In this document: in pieces, positions 50,287 through 58,700 of the stretch | Layout of the letters: the number at the start of each line of letters is the position of its first letter | Numbering within the stretch: position 1 is the first letter of the stretch | From: Verrucomicrobiia bacterium | GTDB lineage: Bacteria; Verrucomicrobiota; Verrucomicrobiia; Palsa-1439 | Assembly: GCA_035516795.1 (NCBI GenBank) | Contig: DATIZX010000055.1 | Coordinates: forward strand, 21,412 to 85,411 | Direction: 5' to 3' | Length of the DNA: 64,000 nt | Notes under the pieces: generated by a model | Told to the model about the DNA's origin: nothing | Databases searched by the model: none | Seen by the model: the letters and a program-made list of their open reading frames with translations, nothing else | Made by a program: the position numbers and the translations under genes

Positions 50287-51885
50287 ATGCGAGTTCTGTT
50301 GATCGCCCCACGCTTTGCCCGCAATTTGTGGACGTACGAGCGGGCGCTCGCCCTAATTGGACGCAAATCGACTCTGCCACCCCTGGGTCTGATCACGGTC
50401 GCCGCTCTCCTGCCGCAAGATTGGGAGTTCCGCTTGGTGGACCGCAATGTGAGCGAAGTCGCCCAGGCGGATTGGGCTTGGGCGGAACTAATTCTTCTTT
50501 CCGGGATGACCACTCAACGGGAGGATTTCCTGGCGCTCGTTCGCGAAGCCAAACAGCGCGGCAAGCGCGTCGCCGTGGGCGGTCCTTATCCCACCACGCT
50601 GCCGGGTGAAGTCGCGGCTGCAGGCGCCGACTATCTCGCGCTGGGTGAAGGTGAATTGACCATCCCCGCGTTCGTCGCTGCGCTCCAGCAGGGCGAGAAG
50701 GAGGGGTGTTTCAGTCCGAATGGAGAGTTTGCTGACCTGTCGCACACCGTCGTGCCCCGGTTTGATCTACTTGATCTCCGTGCCTACGAAAGCATGTCAG
50801 TGCAGTTCTCGCGCGGCTGTCCGTTCCGTTGTGAGTTTTGCGAGATCGGAGTGCTTTTCGGTTCCCGTGCTCGGGCCAAGACTCCCGCACAGATGTTGGC
50901 TGAGTTCGACCGGCTCCGCGAACTCGGTTGGCGCCGCTCGATCTTCGTTGTGGACGACAATTTCGTCGGCAACCGCGTGAAAGTCCGCGACCTGTTGCGG
51001 GAGTTGAAGCCGTGGCAAAAGCGGCACGGCTATCCCTTCACGCTCAATACCGAGGCGTCGATGGATCTGGCTTCCGACCGGGAATTGCTCGATCTGATGG
51101 CCGACTGCAATTTCAACGGTGTGTTCCTCGGTATCGAAACGCCAGACGACGCCAGCCTCAAACGGGCCGGCAAATTGCAGAACACCCGCTTGCCGCTGGA
51201 AACGGCGGTCGAGACCATCACCCGCGCCGGGCTCTGCGTCATGGGTTCCTTTATCCTTGGCTTCGACGGCGAACAACCCGGCGCCGGCGAACGGATCTGT
51301 GAGTTTATGGAGCGGACTTCCATCCCGACGACCGTGGTTTCCATGCTCCAGGCGTTGCCGCGGACGACGCTGTGGGAGCGGCTGAAGCGCGAAGGACGGT
51401 TACGTGGTGAGGACGCACGGCTGAACCTCGAAACGTTGATGAACTTCGAGCCCACCCGGCCGATGGATGAAATTGCCCGCGAATATTCCGCGGCGCTGTG
51501 GCAGATTTACGACCCGGTCCGGTTTCTCGACCGCACCTACCATCATTTCCAAATGCTCGCTCCGCCCCGTTGGGATTTGAAGGAGCGCACGCCGGACGAA
51601 CATGGTTGGCAGGACATCCGCGCCTTGCTGACACTCTGTTGGCGACAAGGAATCAAACGGCGTAGCCGCTGGAAATTCTGGCAGTACCTGTTCAGGATTG
51701 GACGGAATAATCCGCGCGTGGTCGGCCATTACATCTGTACCCTGGCCCATCTCGAACATTTCCTCTGGATCCGCAAATCCGTTCGCCATCAGGTCGAGAC
51801 CCAATTGGGTGTTCATTCGCTGCCCCAACAAGCCGCGCCACGCAAAACGAGTCCTCGCCCCGATTCACCCGCTCCGGTGATTTGA
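50287..51885 (+). CDS. B12-binding domain radical SAM enzyme with C-terminal DUF4070-like region (HpnJ-like)
   Basis: 532 aa. N-terminal B12-binding domain and CPFRCEFC (CxxxCxxC). Paralogous architecture to 47360..48811. Confidence 0.8.
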   Translation: MRVLLIAPRFARNLWTYERALALIGRKSTLPPLGLITVAALLPQDWEFRLVDRNVSEVAQADWAWAELILLSGMTTQREDFLALVREAKQRGKRVAVGGPYPTTLPGEVAAAGADYLALGEGELTIPAFVAALQQGEKEGCFSPNGEFADLSHTVVPRFDLLDLRAYESMSVQFSRGCPFRCEFCEIGVLFGSRARAKTPAQMLAEFDRLRELGWRRSIFVVDDNFVGNRVKVRDLLRELKPWQKRHGYPFTLNTEASMDLASDRELLDLMADCNFNGVFLGIETPDDASLKRAGKLQNTRLPLETAVETITRAGLCVMGSFILGFDGEQPGAGERICEFMERTSIPTTVVSMLQALPRTTLWERLKREGRLRGEDARLNLETLMNFEPTRPMDEIAREYSAALWQIYDPVRFLDRTYHHFQMLAPPRWDLKERTPDEHGWQDIRALLTLCWRQGIKRRSRWKFWQYLFRIGRNNPRVVGHYICTLAHLEHFLWIRKSVRHQVETQLGVHSLPQQAAPRKTSPRPDSPAPVI

Positions 51886-51999
51886 ACGAAAGCTTGGCAA
51901 ACCGGAAAGGCTTTTGTTCGAAGGCAAGTATTCACTTGTTTTCGAATTTCCCACGTATAGGATTGTCTCCAACTCCTACAACCCACCGGAGGAAGAACT

Positions 52000-52497
52000 A
52001 TGAAGCGTTGGATCGTATCTGTGATTCTATGTTCGACACTGGCTGCCGTAGTCGACGCCGCCTCGACGAAGGACAAACAAAAGGCTCTCGACCGGGCAAA
52101 CTATGTTGCCTATCAGGGAGAGCAACAAGCCTGGCCGACCAGCGACCAGAATGTGCCCAACACCATCGAGACCAAGCAAGGGGTAACCATTTACCGGAGT
52201 TTGCCGAGTCGCCTCTATGAAATCCTGGGCGTCATTCAGGTCACGCACGATGACAAGGTAGCCAAACGCGTTTCGGCAGCCGCCCACGCCGCCGGCGCCA
52301 ATGCAGTTCTGGTGTGCGCAGATGACGCCTTCGTGAAAGCGGGTATTACCATTCAGCCGAGTTTGGTCATCGAAGGCAAGAAAGCCAGTGGCATAACTTC
52401 CCTCACCGGTTTTCTCATCCGCTGGAAGCTGGTTCCGAGCGGTACAAGCGCTTCGCCCACTAATGGGCCCGCTACTCCGCCTGCCCCTTCGTCGTAA
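52000..52497 (+). CDS. secreted hypothetical protein (paralog family A)
   Basis: Signal peptide plus a conserved core shared with 52540..53052. Confidence 0.5.
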   Translation: MKRWIVSVILCSTLAAVVDAASTKDKQKALDRANYVAYQGEQQAWPTSDQNVPNTIETKQGVTIYRSLPSRLYEILGVIQVTHDDKVAKRVSAAAHAAGANAVLVCADDAFVKAGITIQPSLVIEGKKASGITSLTGFLIRWKLVPSGTSASPTNGPATPPAPSS

Positions 52498-52539
52498 CCT
52501 GTCGTTTGCCGCTGCTTTGCAATCCGAAACGCTGGAATG

Positions 52540-53052
52540 TCACTTTGTCGTCCAGCGAACTAGAATGGCGCACATCCGGGTGACGCGAATGGTAGGGTGT
52601 TCGTCCTTAGTCGTCAACGCCTCCGGGTGATCGAGTCGCGAAACAGTGGTCGGGCCTCGCGGATCGGGAATTTCGGCATTCTCCATTAGCTGCGGACTAA
52701 CTTTCAGTCCGGCGTCTGCAAAGGCTTTGTCACCGACAATGAGGAGCGCATCGGCTTCGATCAAACGGGCCGCCTCGACCACGTGCTTGACGGCGTGATC
52801 GCCTTCATCGCTCATCGTCCCCAGCACCTCATAGGGACGGCTCGGCAGTTTTTCATAAATGGGCAGGCCATAGCGCGTTTTAACGAGCGCGATCGGCTCG
52901 GTGGAACGTGGCCAGTCCTTCTGCTCTCCGGCATATTGCTCGTAATGAACTTTTGACAGAACTTTGGAGGGGCTGGACGCCACCAGAAGGCGACTCGGGA
53001 AAAACGCCGTCGAAACCAGTACCAAACAGATGGGAATTCTGTTCGATTTCAT
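52540..53052 (-). CDS. secreted hypothetical protein (paralog family A), convergent to previous
   Basis: Homology to 52000..52497 begins at M46 of the listed ORF (MKSNRIPICLVLV...). Confidence 0.5.
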   Translation of the reverse strand: MKSNRIPICLVLVSTAFFPSRLLVASSPSKVLSKVHYEQYAGEQKDWPRSTEPIALVKTRYGLPIYEKLPSRPYEVLGTMSDEGDHAVKHVVEAARLIEADALLIVGDKAFADAGLKVSPQLMENAEIPDPRGPTTVSRLDHPEALTTKDEHPTIRVTRMCAILVRWTTK

Positions 53053-53215
53053 GAGACAACTTCTCCTTTCTTTGAGCGGAAGTATTCCGCTAACAGCCAG
53101 CTTGGTCAAGTCGCGTGTCACCCTGTTTTCCTGAACAAACGAGCTTGTCAATATCTCTCCATGGCCTACAATCCCGTCGGATCTCAAAAATCAATCAAAC
53201 TACAGGAGAGCGAGT

Positions 53216-54073
53216 ATGAAGAAGCTGGCCTCGGTGCTTTGCGTCGTGTGTCTATTCGTCAGTTGGCTTTCGGCAACGGCGGTTGCCGCGGGAGAAAAAC
53301 TGACCAACGCCTCAGTAGTCGAGATGCACAAACTCGGCCTCGGCGATAATGTCGTAATCGAGAAAATCAAGGTTTCGGCCTGCAACTTCGACGTCGGCCT
53401 TGACGCCCTGAAGCAACTCAAGGATGACGGCATCTCGGATGCGATCATTCAAGCGATGATTGCGGTCGGCTCTCCCACCAAACCAGAAACTGCGGCTACC
53501 GTGGGCACGGTCGCCGGCGATCCCAATGACCCGCAAGCCGCTCATGAAACCGGTATCTGGTTATTCCAGCAGTTGGACGGCAAGAATAAGATGACCATGC
53601 TCACTCCGAATACATTTGATCAAGTCACCACTGGAGGTGGTTGGGGCGTCGCCTGGGGCGGCACCGCCAAGAGCCGCGCAGTTCTGCAAGGCGAGCATGC
53701 CGATCTCCAGATTCCCAGTTCCGTGCCGGTATTTTACTTTTATTTCGATAGGAGCGGCAGCAGTTTGAGCAGCGCTTCCAAAGTCGCCACTGCTCCGAAT
53801 GATTTTTCGCTGGTCCAGATGGAAATCCGCAAATCGAAGCATCAGCGGCGCTTGGAGATTGGCAAGGTCAATCTCGGCGGATCCAAGCAGGGCCTCAGCC
53901 CCAAGGTGATTCGCGCGATTCAATCCGAGAAAGTCGGCGATGGCATTTACAAAGTCACCCCGCAAGAAAACCTCAAGGATGGAGAATACGCTTTTGTTTA
54001 CAATGCCAGCCAATATGGCGGCAAGGTGTTCGACTTTGGCGTCGAAGCTGGAATGGAAGCGTCAAGGAAGTGA
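53216..54073 (+). CDS. secreted hypothetical protein
   Basis: Signal peptide and a GGAG RBS. No recognisable domain. Confidence 0.5.
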   Translation: MKKLASVLCVVCLFVSWLSATAVAAGEKLTNASVVEMHKLGLGDNVVIEKIKVSACNFDVGLDALKQLKDDGISDAIIQAMIAVGSPTKPETAATVGTVAGDPNDPQAAHETGIWLFQQLDGKNKMTMLTPNTFDQVTTGGGWGVAWGGTAKSRAVLQGEHADLQIPSSVPVFYFYFDRSGSSLSSASKVATAPNDFSLVQMEIRKSKHQRRLEIGKVNLGGSKQGLSPKVIRAIQSEKVGDGIYKVTPQENLKDGEYAFVYNASQYGGKVFDFGVEAGMEASRK

Positions 54074-54180
54074 ATTGGGCTTTGACCTGAACAACGGTCT
54101 GTTCTGTCCGAAACCGCAAAGGCGACCAGTGAAGCGAGCGTAGTCAAACGCACCGCTCGGAACAGTTTTGCGAAGTGGTT

Positions 54181-55353
54181 TTATGTGCCGGCTTCGCTGC
54201 AGCGGTATAAGTTCCACCAGATCCGCCGTTGCGACCGGAACACGACCGGCCACGGGAGCCAGCAAGCGAGCCAGGTGAGCGCTCGCAGCCCGCTCCAGCC
54301 CGCCAACACCGGCGCGTCGCGCAGCCGCGGCGCACAGCCAACTCGGGCACATAACCGGGCCGCAACCAGCGCTTCCAACAGCACCGTCACACCCAAGCCG
54401 GTCCAGGTCCACCACGCTGTCGGTTGCCACAACACCGCTCCGAGCCAGCCGAGCACGGGTGTAATGATCAACTCCGCCGCGTAGCCTGCGGGCCGACACC
54501 ACCGCACCGTCTTGTGCCAACGCAGGTAATGCAGGACGGCATCGGTCCACCGGGTTTCCGCGGACAAGGTTTCCAGTGTCACGCTGCTGATGTGGACCGG
54601 CGCGAGCCGTCGGCCCAGGAGATTGTCCTCGGCCATGCGGGCACCTAGCTCGTCCCAGGGCAGGCGCTGTTGGAGGTCGTCGGCGTCGAACAACATCGCT
54701 GCGCCAAATGCGAAACTCGGTTTGCCCCACGCCCGACAGGCCAGCACGCCGGGATAGAATTCGGCGTTTACAAACAGTGCTTCCAACCACATCGGCCGCA
54801 GCGTCACCCGGCGGATGACGTACGGACAGGTCACCAGTCCTGAGTTGGTTGCCGACTGCTCGCCGCGCAAAGTCGTCAACAATCCGGGGACTGCAATCAT
54901 GTCCGCATCGCTCCACAACCAGAGTCGCCCCTGCGCCCGACCGGCCAAAGCATGCCACCACGAGCTTTTCGGACTACGGAAGGTGGCCGGCCGCGGCTGA
55001 CACACGACCGTAAACCGCGCCTTCGAATAGCGCCGCCGCCATGCGGCAAAAATCGGTTCCCAGGCCGCGGCGTCCTGCTGTTCCACACCGAACAACACTT
55101 CCGCGCCGTCACCGGTTTGCGCAACGAAGGACTCGAGCGCGGCAACAAGTTTGGACGAAGGCACCGGCGTGCGCAACGCGCAGAGCGGTTTGAAAACGGT
55201 GAGCGTCTGGGCTGACCCGGTCGTCGGGGTGGGGGAGGCGGCACCTTCGTTTTCGGCCGTCATGCGACAGCGAACCAATCGGAGGGCGTAAATCCACCAA
55301 CCTGCGGCCAGCGCAGTCCAGCCGACCAACAGCCACTCAAGCCGCGGCCACAT
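54181..55353 (-). CDS. membrane-associated GT2-family glycosyltransferase (ceramide glucosyltransferase/HpnI-like)
   Basis: 390 aa. N-terminal TM. DxD-like SDAD, a QxxRW-like LRWHKTVRW, and C-terminal TM helices. Confidence 0.5.
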   Translation of the reverse strand: MWPRLEWLLVGWTALAAGWWIYALRLVRCRMTAENEGAASPTPTTGSAQTLTVFKPLCALRTPVPSSKLVAALESFVAQTGDGAEVLFGVEQQDAAAWEPIFAAWRRRYSKARFTVVCQPRPATFRSPKSSWWHALAGRAQGRLWLWSDADMIAVPGLLTTLRGEQSATNSGLVTCPYVIRRVTLRPMWLEALFVNAEFYPGVLACRAWGKPSFAFGAAMLFDADDLQQRLPWDELGARMAEDNLLGRRLAPVHISSVTLETLSAETRWTDAVLHYLRWHKTVRWCRPAGYAAELIITPVLGWLGAVLWQPTAWWTWTGLGVTVLLEALVAARLCARVGCAPRLRDAPVLAGWSGLRALTWLACWLPWPVVFRSQRRIWWNLYRCSEAGT

Positions 55354-56368
55354 CTGGTTTCACACGAGATGCGACACTGGCGGTGGCTGCGTCAGAATCC
55401 AATCGAAGGCGAAACCAATCGACCGCCTCGCGCACGGTGGCTCGGGCCGGACGCTGGGGCTGCCAACCCAATTCTTCAGCCGCTTTCCGGCAGGAATAGC
55501 GTGCGCGGCGCCGCGCATGGAGCGCTGTTTCCCAACACAAACGATCGTTCCCGGCGGTTTCGCCAATGGCGCCCGCCACGGCGATGATGCCCCACGGCAG
55601 GCAAATCCGTGGCGCATCTTGTGCCGTGCACCCGGCCAGCAACTGCAACAACTCGAACAGCGTCAAATGATGATGCCCCAGCAGGTAACGTTCGCCGCGA
55701 CGACCTCGTTCCGCCACGACCAGAATGCCTTCGGCCAGTTCGCTGACATTGATCACATTCAGACTCGTGTGCGTTGCGAACGGGAAGCGTCCCCGCAAAA
55801 AATCCAAAACCATTCGACCCGTGGGAGTCGGTTCCTCATCCTCGGCGCCAAGCGGCGCCACGGGGTTGGCGATGACGACGTCCAGTCCCCGCCGAGACCA
55901 ATCCAGCGCCACGCGTTCCCCGAGCCATTTGGAACGACGATAATGTTGCCCGGCCGCGACGCGCTCGGGGAAATCCCGCTCGGTGACCAGGCCGTTGCGC
56001 GACTCCAGCACGCTGCACGAACTGACGTGTACGAACCGTTCGACCCGTTGGTCCCAGGCCGCCCGCAACATATTCTCCGTGCCCCGATGGTTGGCGGCTT
56101 CCATCGAAAGCCGGTGGCGCCGGCCAAAGCGGTACAAGCCGCCCAGATGAATCACCGTCTGCACGCCGCGAGCCGCCTGCTGACAGCAGACCGGTTCCAA
56201 CAAATCGCCCACCAGAATTTCCACGCGGTCGCCAAACAATCTCCGCGCCTTGAATTCGTTGCGGCAGAGAAGCCGGACCGTGGCGCCCCGACTGAGAAGC
56301 TTGCGGACGACGAACCGCCCAATAAACCCGGTGCCACCCGTGATGAGAGTTTGCGTCGACCCATGCAT
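55337..56368 (-). CDS. NAD-dependent epimerase/dehydratase (SDR; HpnA-like)
   Basis: Rossmann motif TGGTGFIGRFVVRKLL. Start taken at M31 of the listed ORF. Confidence 0.75.
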   Translation of the reverse strand: MHGSTQTLITGGTGFIGRFVVRKLLSRGATVRLLCRNEFKARRLFGDRVEILVGDLLEPVCCQQAARGVQTVIHLGGLYRFGRRHRLSMEAANHRGTENMLRAAWDQRVERFVHVSSCSVLESRNGLVTERDFPERVAAGQHYRRSKWLGERVALDWSRRGLDVVIANPVAPLGAEDEEPTPTGRMVLDFLRGRFPFATHTSLNVINVSELAEGILVVAERGRRGERYLLGHHHLTLFELLQLLAGCTAQDAPRICLPWGIIAVAGAIGETAGNDRLCWETALHARRRARYSCRKAAEELGWQPQRPARATVREAVDWFRLRLDSDAATASVASRVKPDVAAA

Positions 56369-56390
56369 TGGGGCAGAATCTACGATAATA

Positions 56391-57110
56391 ATGCACGACG
56401 GAAAAGTGATTTTCGTGGCTGACGATTTCGGGATGGACGCGGAGACCAATCGCGCCATTCTCCACGCTCACCATCACGGGGCGCTGCAGGGGGCCAGTTT
56501 GATGATGGGACAACAGGCGACCGACGACGCGGTGCGCCGGGCTCGTGAAAATCCCTCGCTGCAAATCGGTTGGCATCTTCATCTCTGCGATTCGCAACCC
56601 GTGACGTGCCACTCGTGGCCGTGGGGCAATGCGTACGTTCAGGCAGGCTGGAGGATTGGGCTGATGCCCGGCGCGCGTCGCTTGATGCGCCGCGAAGTCG
56701 CCGCGCAATGGGAGTTGTATCAACAAACAGGCTTGCCCTGCGCGTTCGTCAATTCCCATCACCATCTTCATGCCCATCCCATGGTCTACGCCGCGCTGCT
56801 GGAAGTCTTGCCGCGACCGTTCAACGGCTGGCTGCGTCTGGGCAGGCCCTGTTTCTTTGGGCCAACTGAGAACCAGCACCTTTATAGTTGGGCGGACGGA
56901 ATTTTCATGCGGACCCGCCGCCGCCATTGTCCCTTTCGTTGCAGTGACACAATCTGGGGACTCGGGCGGACTTATCGAATGCAGGCACAGGAAGTCATTG
57001 AGGCTGTGCAACGCTTGCCCGAGGGTTTGCATGAGTTTTATTTTCATCCGCGCTCGAAGGACGATGCCGATACACAATGTTTGCTGGAGTTAAGAAAATG
57101 CGGATTCTAA
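56391..57110 (+). CDS. YdjC/ChbG-family carbohydrate deacetylase (HpnK-like)
   Basis: Characteristic N-terminus (VIFVADDFGMDAETNRAIL...G.L.GASLM) of YdjC family. Start taken at M48 of the listed ORF. Confidence 0.65.
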   Translation: MHDGKVIFVADDFGMDAETNRAILHAHHHGALQGASLMMGQQATDDAVRRARENPSLQIGWHLHLCDSQPVTCHSWPWGNAYVQAGWRIGLMPGARRLMRREVAAQWELYQQTGLPCAFVNSHHHLHAHPMVYAALLEVLPRPFNGWLRLGRPCFFGPTENQHLYSWADGIFMRTRRRHCPFRCSDTIWGLGRTYRMQAQEVIEAVQRLPEGLHEFYFHPRSKDDADTQCLLELRKCGF

Positions 57111-57892
57111 TCGCCCTGTCATTGGCCGCGGTCCTGACCGGATGCGCGACTGTTTCGCCGACTGCCGGACCCGGGCGTCCGTTCGATTTCCGACGCGACA
57201 CATTCGCGTTCCACAATGAACTCGTATTCAAATCCTCGGATCCGTCCTCGGTTTCTGGCGTCGCCACGACGCTGCAGAAATTGGAGCATCCCTACACGCG
57301 GCGTTGTTTCATCATGGCGGCCGGCGTCGTGCAATTCTGGAAACATGCGCGCTTCGATCCGTCGGCGCCGCCCGTGGCGGAGAGCGAACTGGCTCGTCGC
57401 ATCCGCGAGGTCCGCGATGACGCGGCTTGGTGGCCCGGTGAACCGCCCACCAAACGCGTCGTGTTTCCCGGATTTGCCGGCTTGCGCGACCTCAGCCAGC
57501 GCGAGGGCCGGTTGCTGCGGGCCAACATGGGCGCGGGCTGGACCACGTATTTTCATCTGCGCAAATTCCCCATGCCGTTCGTGCCTTCGCGCACCCATCA
57601 GGCGCGCTTGTGCCAGGAAGTGCGCGCCTGGCTTCGCTCAGGCCATCCCATGGTTCTCTGGCTCTATAATTTTCCCGACGTCAACATCAACCACGCCGTG
57701 ACCGTCTTCGAGGAAATCGCGCCGCCCAATCCCGATCAGATCGCCTTTCACGTCTACGACCCGAACTACACTGATGCACCGCGCACGCTCATATTTGACC
57801 GGGCCACCAGTGCGTTTTATTACGAGAAGACTTTCTATTTCCCCGGCGGGCTCGTCCACGCTCGGCAGATGTTCACCAGCTTGCTGAGATGA
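57098..57892 (+). CDS. lipoprotein, hypothetical
   Basis: Signal peptide with lipobox LTGC. No recognisable domain. Confidence 0.45.
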   Translation: MRILIALSLAAVLTGCATVSPTAGPGRPFDFRRDTFAFHNELVFKSSDPSSVSGVATTLQKLEHPYTRRCFIMAAGVVQFWKHARFDPSAPPVAESELARRIREVRDDAAWWPGEPPTKRVVFPGFAGLRDLSQREGRLLRANMGAGWTTYFHLRKFPMPFVPSRTHQARLCQEVRAWLRSGHPMVLWLYNFPDVNINHAVTVFEEIAPPNPDQIAFHVYDPNYTDAPRTLIFDRATSAFYYEKTFYFPGGLVHARQMFTSLLR

Positions 57893-58031
57893 TGGCCCGT
57901 GGCCGTTTTTGTCCGTCCTCTAGGATTCTTTCCTGTCGAAAAATCAGGTGTTTGGATAATTGACCGCTCTTGCGTCCTGCGGAAGGTTTTCATGTGTTAG
58001 GTCGCATTGCAATCGGTGAGAGGAGTCGCAC

Positions 58032-58397
58032 TTGAAGATTCGAAACGGATTGCTAACGATCGGGATACTTCTGGCAGTCATGACGCTGGCGTGTCGCGCC
58101 GATCAAGCATCCTGGTACGGGAAGGAGCATCGCGGCCGGTTGATGGCGAACGGCCACCGCTTCGATCCCGACAAGCTCACTGCGGCTTCGTGGGCGTATG
58201 ACCTTGGTACCAAGGTGGTCGTCACCCACGACGGCCGCAGCGTGCTGGTGGAAATCACCGACCGCGGCCCGGCCAAGCGGCTGGTCGAGCAGGGACGCAT
58301 CATCGATCTGAGTCGCGCCGCCTTCGCGAAGCTGGCGCCTCTCGAACTTGGCCTCATCGACGTCACGGTCAAGAAGCAAAAAGGCATTGAGCAATGA
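58032..58397 (+). CDS. RlpA-like double-psi beta-barrel (DPBB) lipoprotein
   Basis: 121 aa. Signal peptide and RlpA-family core (ASWYG...GHRFDPDKLTAA....LGTKV.VT..GRSV.V.I.DRGP). Confidence 0.7.
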   Translation: MKIRNGLLTIGILLAVMTLACRADQASWYGKEHRGRLMANGHRFDPDKLTAASWAYDLGTKVVVTHDGRSVLVEITDRGPAKRLVEQGRIIDLSRAAFAKLAPLELGLIDVTVKKQKGIEQ

Positions 58398-58416
58398 GCT
58401 TTGAGCAATGCGCTCA

Positions 58417-58557
58417 GAGGCTGTTGAAAAAGTGGTTGAACCTGCGGATCCGGGTTGTAGGCCGACTCTGTGAGTCGGCGATCCCTTCGAGAATGCCGCC
58501 GCTTCGCAGAAGCGGCCTACAGTTAGACGGCTGGAATGTGAGTTTTTCAACAGCCTC
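58417..58557. repeat. MITE-like structured repeat element, copy 1 (15-bp terminal inverted repeats GAGGCTGTTGAAAAA / TTTTTCAACAGCCTC)
   Basis: Near-identical (1 mismatch) to 61798..61933. Nested internal hairpins CCGACTC-tgtg-GAGTCGG and GCCGCTTC-gcag-GAAGCGGC, plus TGTAGGCC/GGCCTACA. Confidence 0.6.
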
Positions 58558-58700
58558 CTCAGATGTGACCGTGACATTGCTGGAAGCTTCGTGGCGTTTG
58601 GTGGTGAGCGGCATTCGGAGCTGTGCTTTATCCGTACAATCCGCGCTCTAAGACGGTTCGGTGTCGCAGTGATTCTCGTTCAGTGTTCGGCGTTCTACGT

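Noticed and set aside
55836-57077. 413-aa minus-strand ORF
   Set aside because: Antisense or overlapping to the epimerase and YdjC genes. Arg/Gly-rich with no motifs.
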